DNA of 64,000 nucleotides, from positions 77,810,001-77,874,000 of the forward strand of contig OX597821.1 of NCBI GenBank assembly GCA_951406725.2, written 5' to 3'. This DNA is from Octopus vulgaris. Taxonomy: Eukaryota. The position numbers and the translations under genes are program-made. This document shows positions 39,030 to 53,099 of this stretch, piece after piece. Under the pieces are notes generated by a model that was given only the letters and a program-made list of their open reading frames with translations, ran no database searches and was not told the origin of the DNA. The number at the start of each line of letters is the position of its first letter. Position 1 is the first letter of the stretch.

Positions 39030-39471
39030 TTCAATTGATGTAAACGTATCTGCCAATACCTACCAAAAACTGAGCAAATATAAAGATCTTGAAATTGAAA
39101 TCAGCAAAATGTGGAACCTGAAGACTAAAACAATACCTGTTGTCATAGGTGCCCTGGGAATGATAGCAAAAGGGGCTGATTGCTACCTAACTCAGATACC
39201 AGGAAACCCCAAAATGGCAGAAGTTCAAAAGATAGTGCTCATGGGAACTGCTCATATCCTACGCAAAATACTTTCTATGTAATCTCAAGTTTTAAAACAA
39301 ACAACTTTCGTATGGTTTTTTAGGCATTCACTAATACAACACTAAGTACAAAACCAAATATATGGCACCCTGGGCATAACACCAACATGAACTTCTAGCT
39401 TGTCTCTTGAGGTCTCTGGGTTAGACTTGGAGCCAACTTGTGCAAATGTAAAGCAAAAGTCAAGCATAGAA

Positions 39472-39472
<1 letters not shown>
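39030..39472 (+). mobile_element. R4/Dong-like LINE 3' end within (AAT)n
   Basis: KLSKYKDLEIEISKMW..IPVVIGALG..VQKIVLMGTAHILRKILSM* plus 3' UTR; (AAT)n on both sides. Confidence 0.9.
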
Positions 39473-39513
<41 letters not shown>

Positions 39514-39514
39514 T

Positions 39515-40185
<671 letters not shown>

Positions 40186-41223
40186 ATAATAATAATAATA
40201 ATAATATAATCAGTATATTTATTATGCTTTCATTAGTGTTTAGATGAATATTTTTATAATTGCATGTATTTCAAAATTTCTCTGCAGTTTGTCTTCGTCA
40301 TTTAAGGGGAATATTTGAAATTATGTAGATATATTAGGGACATCAAATGCAATAAGTTTTTTTTTAATATTTATTTTATAATTACTTCTAAATTTTACTG
40401 AAAAATATCCAATAAACTTATCTGTTAAAAATTGAGGAAATAATTATTTTTCTTTGAGGCGTCATACAAGCAGCCAACCTTGCTTCCTTCTCTTTATCTT
40501 TTATTTTTCAAATTAAGAAAAACATCTTTAACTTTTTTGATTACTGATGATGCTTTAATTTTTAATGAGCCGCTAATTGTAAAATAATTCTTCCTTTGTT
40601 ATATAATAATATATTGATTACACAGAGTCACACTGAAAAGTGCTTAATAAAATGTGCATATACAATGATATTTATCACATTCATTACACTCGAATGTTGG
40701 AAGACCTTTCGCTGCGAAAACAGTCTCAAGAGAAATATCTCCTCCTAGGCAACAACTATGAAAACGCATTGAACTACACATTAAACGACGCCATCAAATC
40801 ATAGGACTCATCCATTTCTTGGTCGTTGCCAGACATCAGCTACGAATACCCAGTTTTGTAGTTTACAGCCCTATCATAACGGTTGTTCTGATATATTGCA
40901 ACAACAAACAATAAATTTGTCGACGTAGCCTGACTAAGCTTTGCACACGACAGCAAAAATTTACTGTTTCCTATTCTAACATATTGTAACTATCAGGATT
41001 GGTGGGAGGGATGTAGGAGGAAGAAGAAAAATACTGAGACATGACCCTAAAGTGCTTGTATCAGAGTGGACTCCACATCATGCACTCAATAACCAGGAAG
41101 TCAATACTGATTAAGGTTACCACATAGGTACACCTTGGTGGAATTTGAACGCAGAATGCAATGGGCTTGAACGATTCTGGCAGTTCATCGACTTAAACTG
41201 GTACTGTATTTATTGATCTTGGA

Positions 41224-41536
41224 AGGCGTAGGAGTTGCTGTGTGGTAAGTAGATGGTTCCGGGTTCAGTCCCACTGCGTGGCACCTTGGGCAAGTGACTT
41301 CTACAATAGCCTCGGGCCGACCAAAGCCTTGTGAGTGGACTTGGTAGACGGAAACTGCAAGAAGCCCGTCGTATATATGTAAATATATATGTATGTGTGT
41401 GTATATGCTAGTGCGTCTGTGTTTCTCCCCCCCCTCAAACATCCCTTGACAACCGATACTGGTGTGTTTACGTCCCCGTAACTTAGCGGTTCGGCAAAAG
41501 AGACCTATAGAATAAGTACTAGGCTTACAAAGAATA
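41224..41536 (+). mobile_element. SINE family A, truncated by (ATT)n/LINE insertion
   Basis: AGGCGTAGGAGTTGCTGTGTGGTAAG..CCTTGGGCAAGT..GAATAAGTACTAGGCTTACAAAGAATA. Confidence 0.85.
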
Positions 41537-41538
41537 TT

Positions 41539-41632
<94 letters not shown>

Positions 41633-41634
<2 letters not shown>

Positions 41635-41915
41635 TTCTATGTTTGACTTTTGCTTTACATTTGCACAAGTTGGCTCCAAGTCTAACCCAGAGACCTCAAG
41701 AGACAAGCTAGAAGTTCATGTTGGTGTTATGCCCAGGGTGCCATATATTTGGTTTTGTACTTAGTGTTGTATTAGTGAATGCCTAAAAAACCATACGAAA
41801 GTTGTTTGTTTTAAAACTTGAGATTACATAGAAAGTATTTTGCGTAGGATATGAGCAGTTCCCATGAGCACTATCTTTTGAATTTCTGCCATTTTGGGGT
41901 TTCCTGGTACCTGAG
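41633..41915 (-). mobile_element. R4/Dong-like LINE 3' end, inverted twin of 39191-39472
   Basis: Three mismatches in about 282 bp by manual alignment. Confidence 0.92.
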
Positions 41916-42404
41916 GTCGATTAAACAAGTAAAAGAGTATGAAAGGCAAAATTTACCTCGAATTCATTTGCACTCTGAATACAGCAGGTAATTCCGTCCG
42001 ATGCCATAACAACTTTGCCAATTCATGTCATTGTTTTTCGCAGAGCCGCCTCGATGAAGCAGACGTTTGGACAAAGATATTTTCAAGCGTGTCGTTAGGC
42101 TTACATTGTATATCCAGCACTATAATTCTGAGGCGTTCTTTCATTTTGAACGATTAAACGGCGGACATCATCAATTCATATTTCATTAGAGAACAGCGGA
42201 TATCAATCATCAATTCATATTTAAAACATTTTATAAGGAAACATACGGCTATCATCAAAAGGAAAATGAATATTTTACGGTTCTGTTCGATAATGAGATT
42301 GTAAATTTTACTTTGCAAAACACTAACGACTTTTATAGTTTTTGGACTTATTTAAAACGAAAATAACTCTAAAAATAACCCTTAAGATATTCTTTCTTTT
42401 TTCC

Positions 42405-42783
42405 TTTATTCTTTTACTTTTTTCAGTCATTTGACTGCGGCCATGCTGGACCACCGCCTTTAGTCGAGCAAATCGACCCCAGGACTTATTCTTTGTAAGC
42501 CTAGTACTTATTCTATCGGTCTCTCTTGCCGAACCGCTAAGTGATGGGGACGTAAACACACCAGCATCGTTTGTCAAGCGATGTTGGGGGGGGGGGAAAC
42601 ACACACACACACACACATATATATATGACGGGCTTCTTTCAGTTTCCGTCAACCAAATTCACTCACAAGGCTTTGGTCGGCCCGGGGCTATAGTAGAAGA
42701 CACTTGACCAAGGTGCCACGCAGTGGAACTGAACCCAGAACTATGTGGTTGGTAAGCAAGCTACTTACCACACAGACACTCCA
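42405..42783 (-). mobile_element. SINE family A, full length (further copies about 42975-43630, 44720-44985, 48045-48410, 51300-51815, 52025-52410, 52750-52950, 57640-58100, 58850-59166 on minus; 29003-29285, 54130-54490, 55558-55935 on plus)
   Basis: Shared head, CCTTGGGCAAGT-like core, internal (CA)/(TA) tract and CAGTCAAATGACTGAAA 3' part. Confidence 0.85.
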
Positions 42784-43420
42784 ATAATGAGATATTTTTT
42801 GTTTTTTTTTTGCTCGTTTGGTTTACACATTCATGAAACCTTTTCCAGTTGTTTAAGGGTTAAAACGGTAGTAAAATCCTTTTTTTTTCTTATTGGTATC
42901 GAGAAGAGTTGTTGGCTTTACTTGTGGCTTCACTCACAGCTCTCTCTCTTTCTTAAGATCGACATAACGATGTCTTATGTCTTTTACTTGTTTCAGTCGT
43001 TGAACTGCAACCATGCTGGAGCAACCCCCTAAAAGGATTCTATAGAATAAGTCAATCCCGGTACTTTAAAGTGTGGTAGTTACTTTTTTGCCGATCACCT
43101 AAGTACAAGAACGTTAAAAAAAACGAACATCAGTTGTTGAGCAGTGTTGGTAGGTGGTGGCACAAACACAGATACAAAGACACACATGTATGTATGTGTG
43201 TGTATATGAAGCAAAAAAGTGCTTGGGAGGAGGAGCTTTTTAAATCTTTCATCTTGTTTCAGTCATTAGACTGCAGCCATGCTGGGGCGCTACCACGAAA
43301 AATTTTAGTCGAGCGACTCCACCTCAGGACTTACTTGTTGTTGGTCTTTTTTCTAAACTGTTACATTACAGGAGCGTAAACAGACCAACGCCGGTTTTGC
43401 ACTCACTGGAGTGAGGACAA

Positions 43421-43491
<71 letters not shown>

Positions 43492-44245
43492 TACGATGGG
43501 TTTCCACAAATTTCCGTCTATCGAATTCACTCACAAGGCATTGGTCTGCTCAGGGTGTCGCTCAGTGGAATCGAACTTGAAACCATGTGGTTTCAAAGCG
43601 AGCTTCTTAATTGTGCAGCCATGGCTAGGCCTAAGGAATTTGATTGACGTGAACATGTTCTCAATTCCTCGAGATTTGTGGATTTGTGTCAGTGGTAGAA
43701 AACAGTATAAACAGAAACACTCGAAATATTCAGGGTCGGAAATATTTAGCTTATAAAAGAGCTTGAAAAAAAAAAAAGCAAAGGAAAAGAAGAATACAAT
43801 ATAAGAGAATAGAGAGGTAAGAAAGAAATATAGTTGAATAAAAGGGGAGAGAGAGAGAGGGAGAGAGAGAGAGAGGGAGAGAGAGAGAGGGAGAGAGAGA
43901 GAGAGAGAGAGATAAGCTTCGATAAAGAGGACGATAAAAAAATAAAAAGAGCAAAGTGTAAGACGATTAGGTTGAAGTAACTGTGATGATATGAATGAAA
44001 AAGATGGCGGACACGATAGACGGTGAGAGCAATAAGTTTGGGCAGAAATGAAATAAGATAGATGATAAGGTAACAGCATACAGGCTCATTTTTACTGACA
44101 TCTCGGCAAAGAAATTAAACTCCAGTAACTTCATTCTCTTCTTCTTTTGTGCTGACGTCAAATCAGATTTTGTTTGTAACTCAGCGGTTTCAATTTACCA
44201 AGTAAATGATAGCCAGTGATATTCCATGACTGTATTTGCCATTGA

Positions 44246-44572
44246 GTGAAGGCGCGTGGCTTAGTGGTTAGGACATTCGGCTCATGATCGTAAGGTTGTG
44301 AGTTCGATTCCCGGCGGCGCGTTGTGTCCTTGAGCAAGACACTTTATTTCACGTTGCTCCAGTCCACTCAGCTGGCAAGAATGAGTTGTACTTGTATTTC
44401 AAAGGGTCAGCCTTGTCACTCTCTGTGTCACGCTGATTATCCCCGAGAACTACGTTAAGGGCACACGTGTCTGTGGAATGCTCAGCCATTTGCACGTTAA
44501 TTTCACGAGCAAGCTGTTCCGTTGATCGTATCAGCTGGGACCCTCGTCGTCGTAACCGGCGGAGTCTTTTTA
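44246..44572 (+). mobile_element. tRNA-derived SINE family C, full length
   Basis: A box TGGCTTAGTGG, B box GAGTTCGATTCC, CCTTGAGCAAGACACTT core; 12-bp TSD ATTTGCCATTGA at 44234-44245 and 44573-44584. Confidence 0.9.
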
Positions 44573-45659
44573 ATTTGCCATTGATGAAATTGTTGAAAGC
44601 AGGACAGAAAAATCATTTAGGCAGATAAATAATTGCGTTCTTTTGATTAAAAGACGAAAGCATAAATAGGAGGGCGAGATTAACATCTTGTCTATTGCCT
44701 TTAGCAGGATCTTTTAGTATCTTTCATTGTTTCAGCCATGCTGGAGCACCGCCTTAAAAGGTTTTAGTCGGACAAATAGACCTAGTACTTATTCTAAAAT
44801 ATGGTACTCATTCTATTCGCCTCTTTTGCCGAACTGCTAAGTTACAGCAATGTAAACAAACAAACACCGATTGTCAAGCGGTAGGGTAGACGAACACACA
44901 CACAACACGCGCACATACACACACACACACACACATGATGGAGTTCAACAGTTCCTATCTACCAAATTCACTCACAAAGCATTGGAAAAAAGCCGCAATA
45001 ATTATGCACCAACCCAATAGCTTAATATTTTAAGTAAATCGAAGGCAGTGAGCAGGTCGAATCGTTAGCATGCCGGCAGAACGCCGAGAGGCATTTCGTC
45101 CGTCTTTACGTTCTGGATTCAAATTTCGCCTTGTCACATTCTGTGTCACGCTGAATATCTCCGAGGGTTACGTGAGAGATACACATGCCTGTGCTGTACT
45201 CTGCCACTTATATGTTAATTACACAAGCAGACTGTTCTCTTGATCGGACCAGCTGGAACCTTCGTCGTCATAACCGTTGGGGTACCCAGCGTATGTTGAT
45301 GTCTGTCAAAATTTGGATGGAATTATAGTTATAAGTGTTTGATTAGATTTCAGTCGTGTTCGACTATCAAAGTCACCAATCGAATATTTTATTATCTCCA
45401 TACCACTTGTAAGGCTTCGATGCAATTCATAAAGGATGTCATAACAAGATAACATCGATGAGGTGAAGCGAGTGTGCAACGGTCGGCTAGACTACATTTA
45501 AAAACAATAAGGTCATCTTTTATATTATAATCCTCGTATATCACGGTTTTAGTTTTTAAAAGGAAAATGGTAAATGATTCATCTCTTTGCACTTCAATCA
45601 TTTAAGATCAAAAGCCATGAGAGCCACTGTCTGGTACAGCATCAGGGCATTTATCGTTA

Positions 45660-45811
45660 TTACGCTTAGTGGTATTTCGTCTGTCGTTACGTTCTGAGTT
45701 CAAATTCCGCTTTCATCCTTTCATCCTTTCGGGGTCGATAAATCACTGCGGTCGATGTAATCGACTATCCCCCTTCCTCAAATTTCAGGCCTTGTGTCTA
45801 TGGTAGAAAGG

Positions 45812-45860
<49 letters not shown>

Positions 45861-46272
45861 GTAGTATCAGCAGCAGCAGCAAGGCGGCGAGCTGGCAGAC
45901 TCGTTAGCACGCCGGGCTAAATGCTTAGTGGTATTTCATCTGCCGCTACGTTCTGAGTTCAAATTCCGCCGAGGTCAACTTTGACTTTCATCCTTTCGGG
46001 GTCGATTAAATAAGTACCAGTTTCGCACTGAGGTCAATGTAATCGACTTAATCCGTTTGTCTGTCCTTGTTTGTCCCCTCTGTGTTTAGCCCCTTGTGGG
46101 TAGTAAAGAAATAGGCATTTCGCCCGTCGCTACGTTCTGAGTTCAAATTCGGGCAAGGCTGACTTTGCCTCTCATCCTTTCGGGGTCGATAAATTAAGTG
46201 CCAGTGAAACACTTAGATAATCGACTAGTCCCCTCCCATCAAAAATTCAGGCCTTGTGCTTTTAGTAGAAAG
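45660..46272 (+). mobile_element. SINE family B cluster (partial + dimer); other copies 22730-22938, 53283-53490, 56305-56518, 57143-57352, 63410-63570 on minus
   Basis: Repeated ACGTTCTGAGTTCAAATTC and TCATCCTTTCGGGGTCGAT. Confidence 0.85.
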
Positions 46273-46897
46273 CGAGCAGTTATGAGCTGTAAAAACAAGG
46301 AAACAAAAAATACTACACAAGTTCGATCCAAATCGCAAACTGCTGACCACGATACATCGCTCGGAAGATCTAATTTCGCAACGAGATTAGAAATAGGGGG
46401 ATCTTCGACAAGGTCAGTGGATATGCTTGAAAAAGCATACAAATCTCCCTCATATCACAGTGTCCCATTAAAAAAAGGGTCACATATTGAATAATGAAGT
46501 TCTAGATATACTATACTCTGAGTAGGGTAGAGGGAGAAGTTTAAAAAAAAAACCCAGGTGAGATCGTTTTGGTGATAATGCATTTTATTATAGGTTTACC
46601 TGAACGTCATCAACAACAACGATCATGACCGCCGCCGCCGAGCCACTGACACCACCACCACCACCACCACCACCACCACCACCAACAGCAACAACACTAC
46701 ATATATTGTTGGTCCACACTGTATTGATACTCAAGTAACGCATGCAAAATGTATCTTAAAATGTGTTTTAAAGCGCTTTAACCAATGAAAATATCGTTTG
46801 AACAATTGGAGGATTTTCGGACGTTGACTGCTGTCCTACATACGTAGACCCATCCATCCATGCATCCATATATACATACATACATACATATACATAC

Positions 46898-46956
<59 letters not shown>

Positions 46957-47072
46957 CATACATACATACATACATACATACATACATACATACACACACA
47001 TACACACACACACAAACACATACACATACACATATATCAGTATATGTATGTGTGTATTTGTGTATATATACA

Positions 47073-47131
<59 letters not shown>

Positions 47132-47689
47132 ACGTATGTATTATGTATGTACTGGCAGTACAATAGCTGGAATGTTGTTGAGATTCTATCCATGTATCAG
47201 AGCAAACAGGGCATATCCAGTAACCCAGCTAGGTCAGTTACTTTAAATTTTGAAACCAGATCCAATGTACTTTATGTAAATGAATCATGGCTGCCGACTC
47301 CACTTTTGAAGAAGAAATGCTTCAACTGCTCACCGTGTATTTCATCTCAGGTTTAAACCACACAGGCTGAGTTTATAGAGTAACAGCCACCTATACAATT
47401 TATCTGTTACTGAATCCCATTGTATTTGAATCTTATCTTGAGATAAATTGTCGATATTAGAGGGTTTTCCTCCCTTTTTCATTTGGAAAAACAAACCCCG
47501 CCTCAGAAACAAAACAAAACCCTACTCTAAGGTTAATTTATAGTACTCCATGTTGTTAGCTCTAGTTTAGCCGTATTGAGCTGATCTATGAACAAAGGTG
47601 GTCCTAATGTAACTACACCTTTGATATTTTACTTGTTGCAGTCATTAAACTGTGGTCATGCTGGGGCATTGCCTTAAAAAATTTTATAT

Positions 47690-48045
47690 TTTATATTTTA
47701 CATTTTATATTTTTATATTATTTTGTATTACATTATTTTTATATTATTTTGTATTGCATTATTTTTATATTATTTTGTATAACATTATTTTTATATTATT
47801 TTTACATTATTATATTATTTTACATTTTATATTATTTTACATTATTATATTATTTTTACATTATTTTCATATTATATCATTTTTATATTATTTTTATATT
47901 ATTTTTATATTATTTTTACTTTATTATATTATTTTGCATCTTATATTATTTTACATTATTATATTATTTTTACATTATTTTCGTATTACATTATTTTTAT
48001 ATTATTTTGTATTACATTTTATATTTTATATTTTACATTTTATAT
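47690..48045. repeat. degenerate AT-rich minisatellite (TTTTA(C/T)ATTATT-like)
   Basis: Seen directly; lies between two copies of a SINE 3' end. Confidence 0.85.
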
Positions 48046-49227
48046 TTTACTTGTTCCAGTCATTAAACTCTGGTCATGCTGGGGCATCGCCTTAGAGAAT
48101 TTTTTAGTCGAATGAATAGACACAAGTTCTTATTTTTTATATCGATTCCTCTTGTCGAAGCGCTAATTTAAGACGATATAAACTCACCAGTAGCGGTTGT
48201 CAAGTAATGGTGGTGGTGGTGGTGGTGGGGACACAAACACAAAATCACAAGCACACGCACACACAAACACATACGACTGGCTTCATCAGTTTCCATCTAC
48301 CAAATCCACTCACAATATTTTGGTCGGCCCGAGGCTATAGTCGAAGATACTGGCCCAAGCTGCCCCGCAGTGGGATTGAACTACTTACCACACAGCGACG
48401 CCCGTGCCTATTTGGAAAACAAAACAAAATATAACACCCCACTACAAAATAAATAAATAAATAAATAAAATAAAAAAATCTTACCCTGTGGCTCTTTGCT
48501 AACATTCCATATGCTATTATTTAGCCCTAGTTTTTCCGTACTGAGCAGACCTATTAGCGAAGGTGTGTAACTATACTACATGTTTGTAAAAAGGTGGCCT
48601 CAACCGTTTAACACTAGGATAGAACATAAGCAAGAATTCGTAAGTTCTTAGTATATGCTTTGCCTCAACAAGCTGTTTAGGGGTACGGTTCTTTTCTTAA
48701 TCTCGCCAGCCATAATTTGTTGTTCATCAACTAATTAGAACTGGTTAATCCTTCGGCCTATATTGATGACTTTCTGGAAGGTGTGAGACGTTTTGGCACA
48801 GCTGTTTAGGCGCAACGTATTTGGCGTTGCTAGTTCGATGCTGAGTTATTTGACAGCAGATGTTCTTTCCCTCCATCTCTCTCTGTCTCTCTTTTCTCTT
48901 TCTGTTTGTATGTGTATATTTTTGCGCAGATGTGCACGTATTTGCCTCTACTGCCAAACAGTACAGTCACCAAAACAAGCTTAATAACAGTCAGCCGTGC
49001 CAAATTGCCAGCGTCCAAAGAACCGCTCCCGTTTGTCTCATTGCGTGACACAGAACCGTTAAAGAGAAAGACCCGAATAAAATTTCAGAAGGAATATTTG
49101 ATGCACATAAAGAATTCATTATTGAATCCTTCTCATTGCCTGTAATTTCTGCTATGGATAAATAATACAAGCAAAAAATCTGGGCAAATTCTTTTTAAAT
49201 GTAACTTCCAAATTTGATGCTTTAGAC

Positions 49228-49501
49228 CAGTGGTCCCCAAAGTGTGAGTTACCACCTCCCTACGGGCAGTGGAAAGTTGAAGAAAAATGGGGTGATAACG
49301 AGGTTGTGAAAAGGGGACGATTGGTTTAAAGACAAACAAAATAATAGGTTTACCAGGTTGAATTTTATTTGCGAAATGCAGTGGCTTTGAATTTGCTTCA
49401 GAAAGAGGTCTATGTTTGTGGTGGTAAGTTGGGCGTGGGGCGCTCGGAATGTAGCCCGAGTGCCAATGGGGTGGGAGCCCGAAAAAGTTAAGGAATCGTT
49501 T
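49228..49501. mobile_element. degenerate hAT MITE
   Basis: CAGTGGTCCCCAAAGTG start after CTTTAGAC; AAAAGTTAAGGAATCGTT as decayed right end. Confidence 0.5.
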
Positions 49502-49834
49502 ACTTTCACAGGCAGATAGTGAAAGTAAGTACTGTTTTGAAGTCAACGGCTCACAGGACTGGTTACCTGGTTCACATGTTTACTCGTTTACAATTAAATG
49601 GCCTGGAGCAACGTGACACAAACTGTTTCGCTCAAGAACACAACGTATCACTCTGCTCGGAAATTGAAATCAGGGTCTTGAGTGTAACAAACTAACAAAT
49701 GGGCCACGCACCGACACGACTATGTTGATAAAGTGAACAAATGCAAACGTTTTGGCAATCTCAAGCTCAAATGTGATCCAAAATCAAACCGAAATCAGAC
49801 TGAAAATGCATACAGAGAAAGAGTAAACACTCGT

Positions 49835-50220
49835 ACGAAGAGGTTTTGTTTCATGAGGACAATGGCCCAGCACACAAGTGCTTGCTTTCAATGGCTGCTG
49901 TGCGTAACTGTGGCTTTGAACTGGTTGATCAGCCTCCGTATTTTCCTGATTTCGCCCCATCTGACTATCATCTGTTCCCTAACATGAAAAAACACTTAGC
50001 CGGGAACCAGTATTGCAGTGATGATGACGTTATATCTACTGTTGATGACTTTTTTAACTAATAAGACGAAAGCTTCTTCACCAATGGGGTCTAAGCACTA
50101 CCACACCGATTGGAAGAGTCTGTTGATTGCAAGGAGGACTATACTGAAAAATAAACTTCATTTGGCCAAAATTCCATGAAAGTGTCTTGATCTGCATCTG
50201 GACCTTTCAGCCAACCCTCG
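49835..50220 (+). mobile_element. mariner (DD34D) 3' fragment with TIR
   Basis: FHEDNGPAH..PPYFPDFAPSDYHLFPNMKKHL; ends TTCAGCCAACCCTCG|TA. Confidence 0.88.
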
Positions 50221-50299
50221 TAGACAGGCAATTGCACATCAAATCACCAACAATGTTTTTTTGAATTCAGGATCATCAATGACATTTGTTCCATTCATC

Positions 50300-50412
50300 A
50301 ATAACTTGTCTACATTGTACTTCATTTTCTTAACTTTACCAATAACCTTCAGATCAGAAGAACGGTGCTTTAGCCATCTTAAGCAAATAAAATACTATCT
50401 TCGTACATCTGT
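50300..50412 (+). mobile_element. hAT transposase dimerisation-domain fragment
   Basis: LYFIFLTLPITFRSEERCFSHLKQIKYYLRTS matches the LxxPxxxxxxERxFSxLKxIK pattern. Confidence 0.7.
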
Positions 50413-50519
50413 CCTAGTTTTTCACAAGTGTTTGGTTAAGAAACAAACAAACAAACAACGGGTAAAATAAATCATTAACAAATGAATAAAAGAATATAGG
50501 ATGGAAATAGGATTCTTTT

Positions 50520-50975
50520 TGAGATTCCAAGTTGTCTCGAGCATTGTGGATGGCCGCTGGAGCACGCTTTTGTACTCCAATGGAATCATTTATTGGTCAC
50601 CGACCCGTGTTATTACAGATCAGTTCGTGATAAGCGGAACACAGTTCGCAATTGGCGTAACATTTTATCCCGGATCAGTGATGAACGAGGATACAATGAA
50701 CGATGATAGTTCATGTGGGCTAGTTTGTCTCTTCATTTGCTGAAGTTCTGCGGAGGGCCAGCAACCCGTCCAGAAGAACCAATCAACTTGTTACGACACC
50801 GACCAGAAGACACTGGGCTCTCCAGCACCAGAACCAACCCATGCAGGCCCCCAACCAACGATAAATCAACTTGCGATACAGAGGAGCTGGCACAGTACCA
50901 CCACTGGTGGATCTCATAGGCTCTACGCACGAGGACGCTTCTGGAACCATTAACCTGGGTTGACCTCCAACTCAA
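50520..50975 (-). mobile_element. possible RTE LINE 3' remnant
   Basis: GC-richer block; RRAYEIHQWW and SGRVAGP loosely resemble the RTE LRRIxxxxW and GHVAR motifs. Confidence 0.35.
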
Positions 50976-51542
50976 TCGAACAAGAGTATGATTATTGTGT
51001 TACTATTGACGCGGATTATAATAATGTAAAAGATATCTTTGCAAGAAAATACTTTAGGCGAAAGAGGCTATTGTAGTTGCTGCATATATTTTTCATAAAA
51101 CTTCATTTTTCTTTTCAGTTCACGTTTAATACGTAAAATAATACGTACTTTTTTTTATATCATATTCTCATTTGAAATGCAATACAGATTTATGGGTTTA
51201 CTACGAAATATCCTTTCTAATTGTTTCGATTTAAATATAAGATTTTTACTTTGATCTTTAAATTCAAATTAACAATTATGCGCTTCCTTACACACTGTTT
51301 ATCTTTTATGTTTTATCTTTTACTTGCGTCAGTTATTTGACTTCGGCCATGATGGGGCACCACATGGAAGAAATTTTAGTCGAACGTATCGACCTCGGTG
51401 ATTATTTTTCACAGCATATTACTTATTCTATCTGTCTTTTTACCGAAATGCTAAGTGACGGGGGACGTAAACACCAATACCAGTTGTGAAGTGGACAAGC
51501 ACAGACACAAAGACACACACACACACACATATGAATGTATGA

Positions 51543-51573
<31 letters not shown>

Positions 51574-51599
51574 TGTATGTATGTATGTATGTATGTATG

Positions 51600-51658
<59 letters not shown>

Positions 51659-53056
51659 GCCACGCTTCTTTCAGTTTCCGTTTACCAAATCCACCCACTA
51701 GGCCTTGGTGGGCTTGCGGCTATAGTAGAAGATATTTGCCCAAAGTGCCACGCAGTGGGGTTGAACCCAGAACCATGTGGTTGCGACGCAAACTTCCTAC
51801 CACACAGCTACGCCTTTACACATCTATTTTGAATAGAAAACAAAACGGTAGAATAAATGTGAGATTACTTAATAGGTGTCCTAATATCTCTTGTTTATGT
51901 ATTCGCACCCGATCAGTTTAGAACCTGGTTATATCCCTGATACAGTTACGATCAAGTTGAAAAAAGATGCAATAAAAAAGAAATGAGTTTCGAAGTGCGT
52001 GTTAGAGTGTTATCCTTTATCCCTTGTCTTTTAATTTAAGTTTGTTTCAAAAATTGGACTACAGCCATGCTGGGGCACCGCCTTCAAGGGTTCAGTCAAA
52101 CAAATCAACATCAGTGCTTATTTTTGAAGTTTTGTACTTATTTACATCCGTCTCTTTTGGTGAACCGTTAAGTTACGGGGACATAAACAAACGAACACCA
52201 GTTGTCAAGCAGTGTAGAAGAGACAAACACAGACACAAAGACACACACACACACATATACGTATGTACGATGAGTTTCCACACAGCTTCCATTTCTAAAT
52301 TCACTTACAAGGTATTGATCGGCCTGAGAATATAGCTTAAGGTGTGCTCAGTGGGACTGAACCAGAAACTACGTGGTTGCAATGCAAGTGTTTTAACCGC
52401 ACAACCATGAGCGAACTGTTTCCGTCGCCATCTTATTATGATATATGTTATTACGAAACGAAACGTTCATGTTCTTGTTTGCTGTATTTGACACCCAAGT
52501 AATATTTGAGTCTAATATTGCCGCCCCTTCTGAGCTGTTAAAGTAATAAACTTTTCAAACAATATTTGTGTTAAATGAAGTCTGTTCTGTTCTGTGTTTT
52601 AAATGTCTTAATTTATTTTGTTGCCCTCAAGACGTAAAGAAAGAAGAAAAGAAAAACAGAAAGCAGATCAATTGTGGAAAGATCTTATTTTCTGTCTCTT
52701 TCAAACCAAAATATCGAATTTACTTAGAAACCAACAATTATCAAATACTGTCTTTTATCTTTTAATTGTTCCAGGAAGTCGACTGCAGCCAACGCGGAAC
52801 ACCGCATTGGTGGTTTTATTCGAACAAATCGACCCTGCTTCTTATTTTTTCAAGTTTGGTACTTATAATATCGGACGCATATTATGAATCGCTAAGTTAC
52901 AAGGACATAAACAAACTAACACCGCTTGTCAAGCAGTGTAGGGACAAACACACACACACGAGCGTGTGTGTGAGGGTGTATAAATCTATATAGTAGACAT
53001 ACACACTAAGAAAGTCTACCTGTTTCTCCGTAGATTGAAAGAAAAAATATTGAATA

Positions 53057-53099
53057 ACTTTAATCAATTTTCGATCCTTATTGGGGTCTCATCAGAGGT
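53057..53099 (-). ncRNA. hammerhead motif
   Basis: ACCU CUGAUGA GACCC CAAUAA GGAUC GAAA AUUGA UUA AAGU; one mismatch each in stems I and II. Confidence 0.55.

Noticed and set aside
40700-40970. Possible RT remnant (LSFAHDSKNL resembling YADD)
   Set aside because: A single weak motif with stops around it.
48793-49004. 12-bp inverted pair TTGGCACAGCTG / CAGCCGTGCCAA as MITE ends
   Set aside because: One mismatch, no TSD and no second copy in the window.
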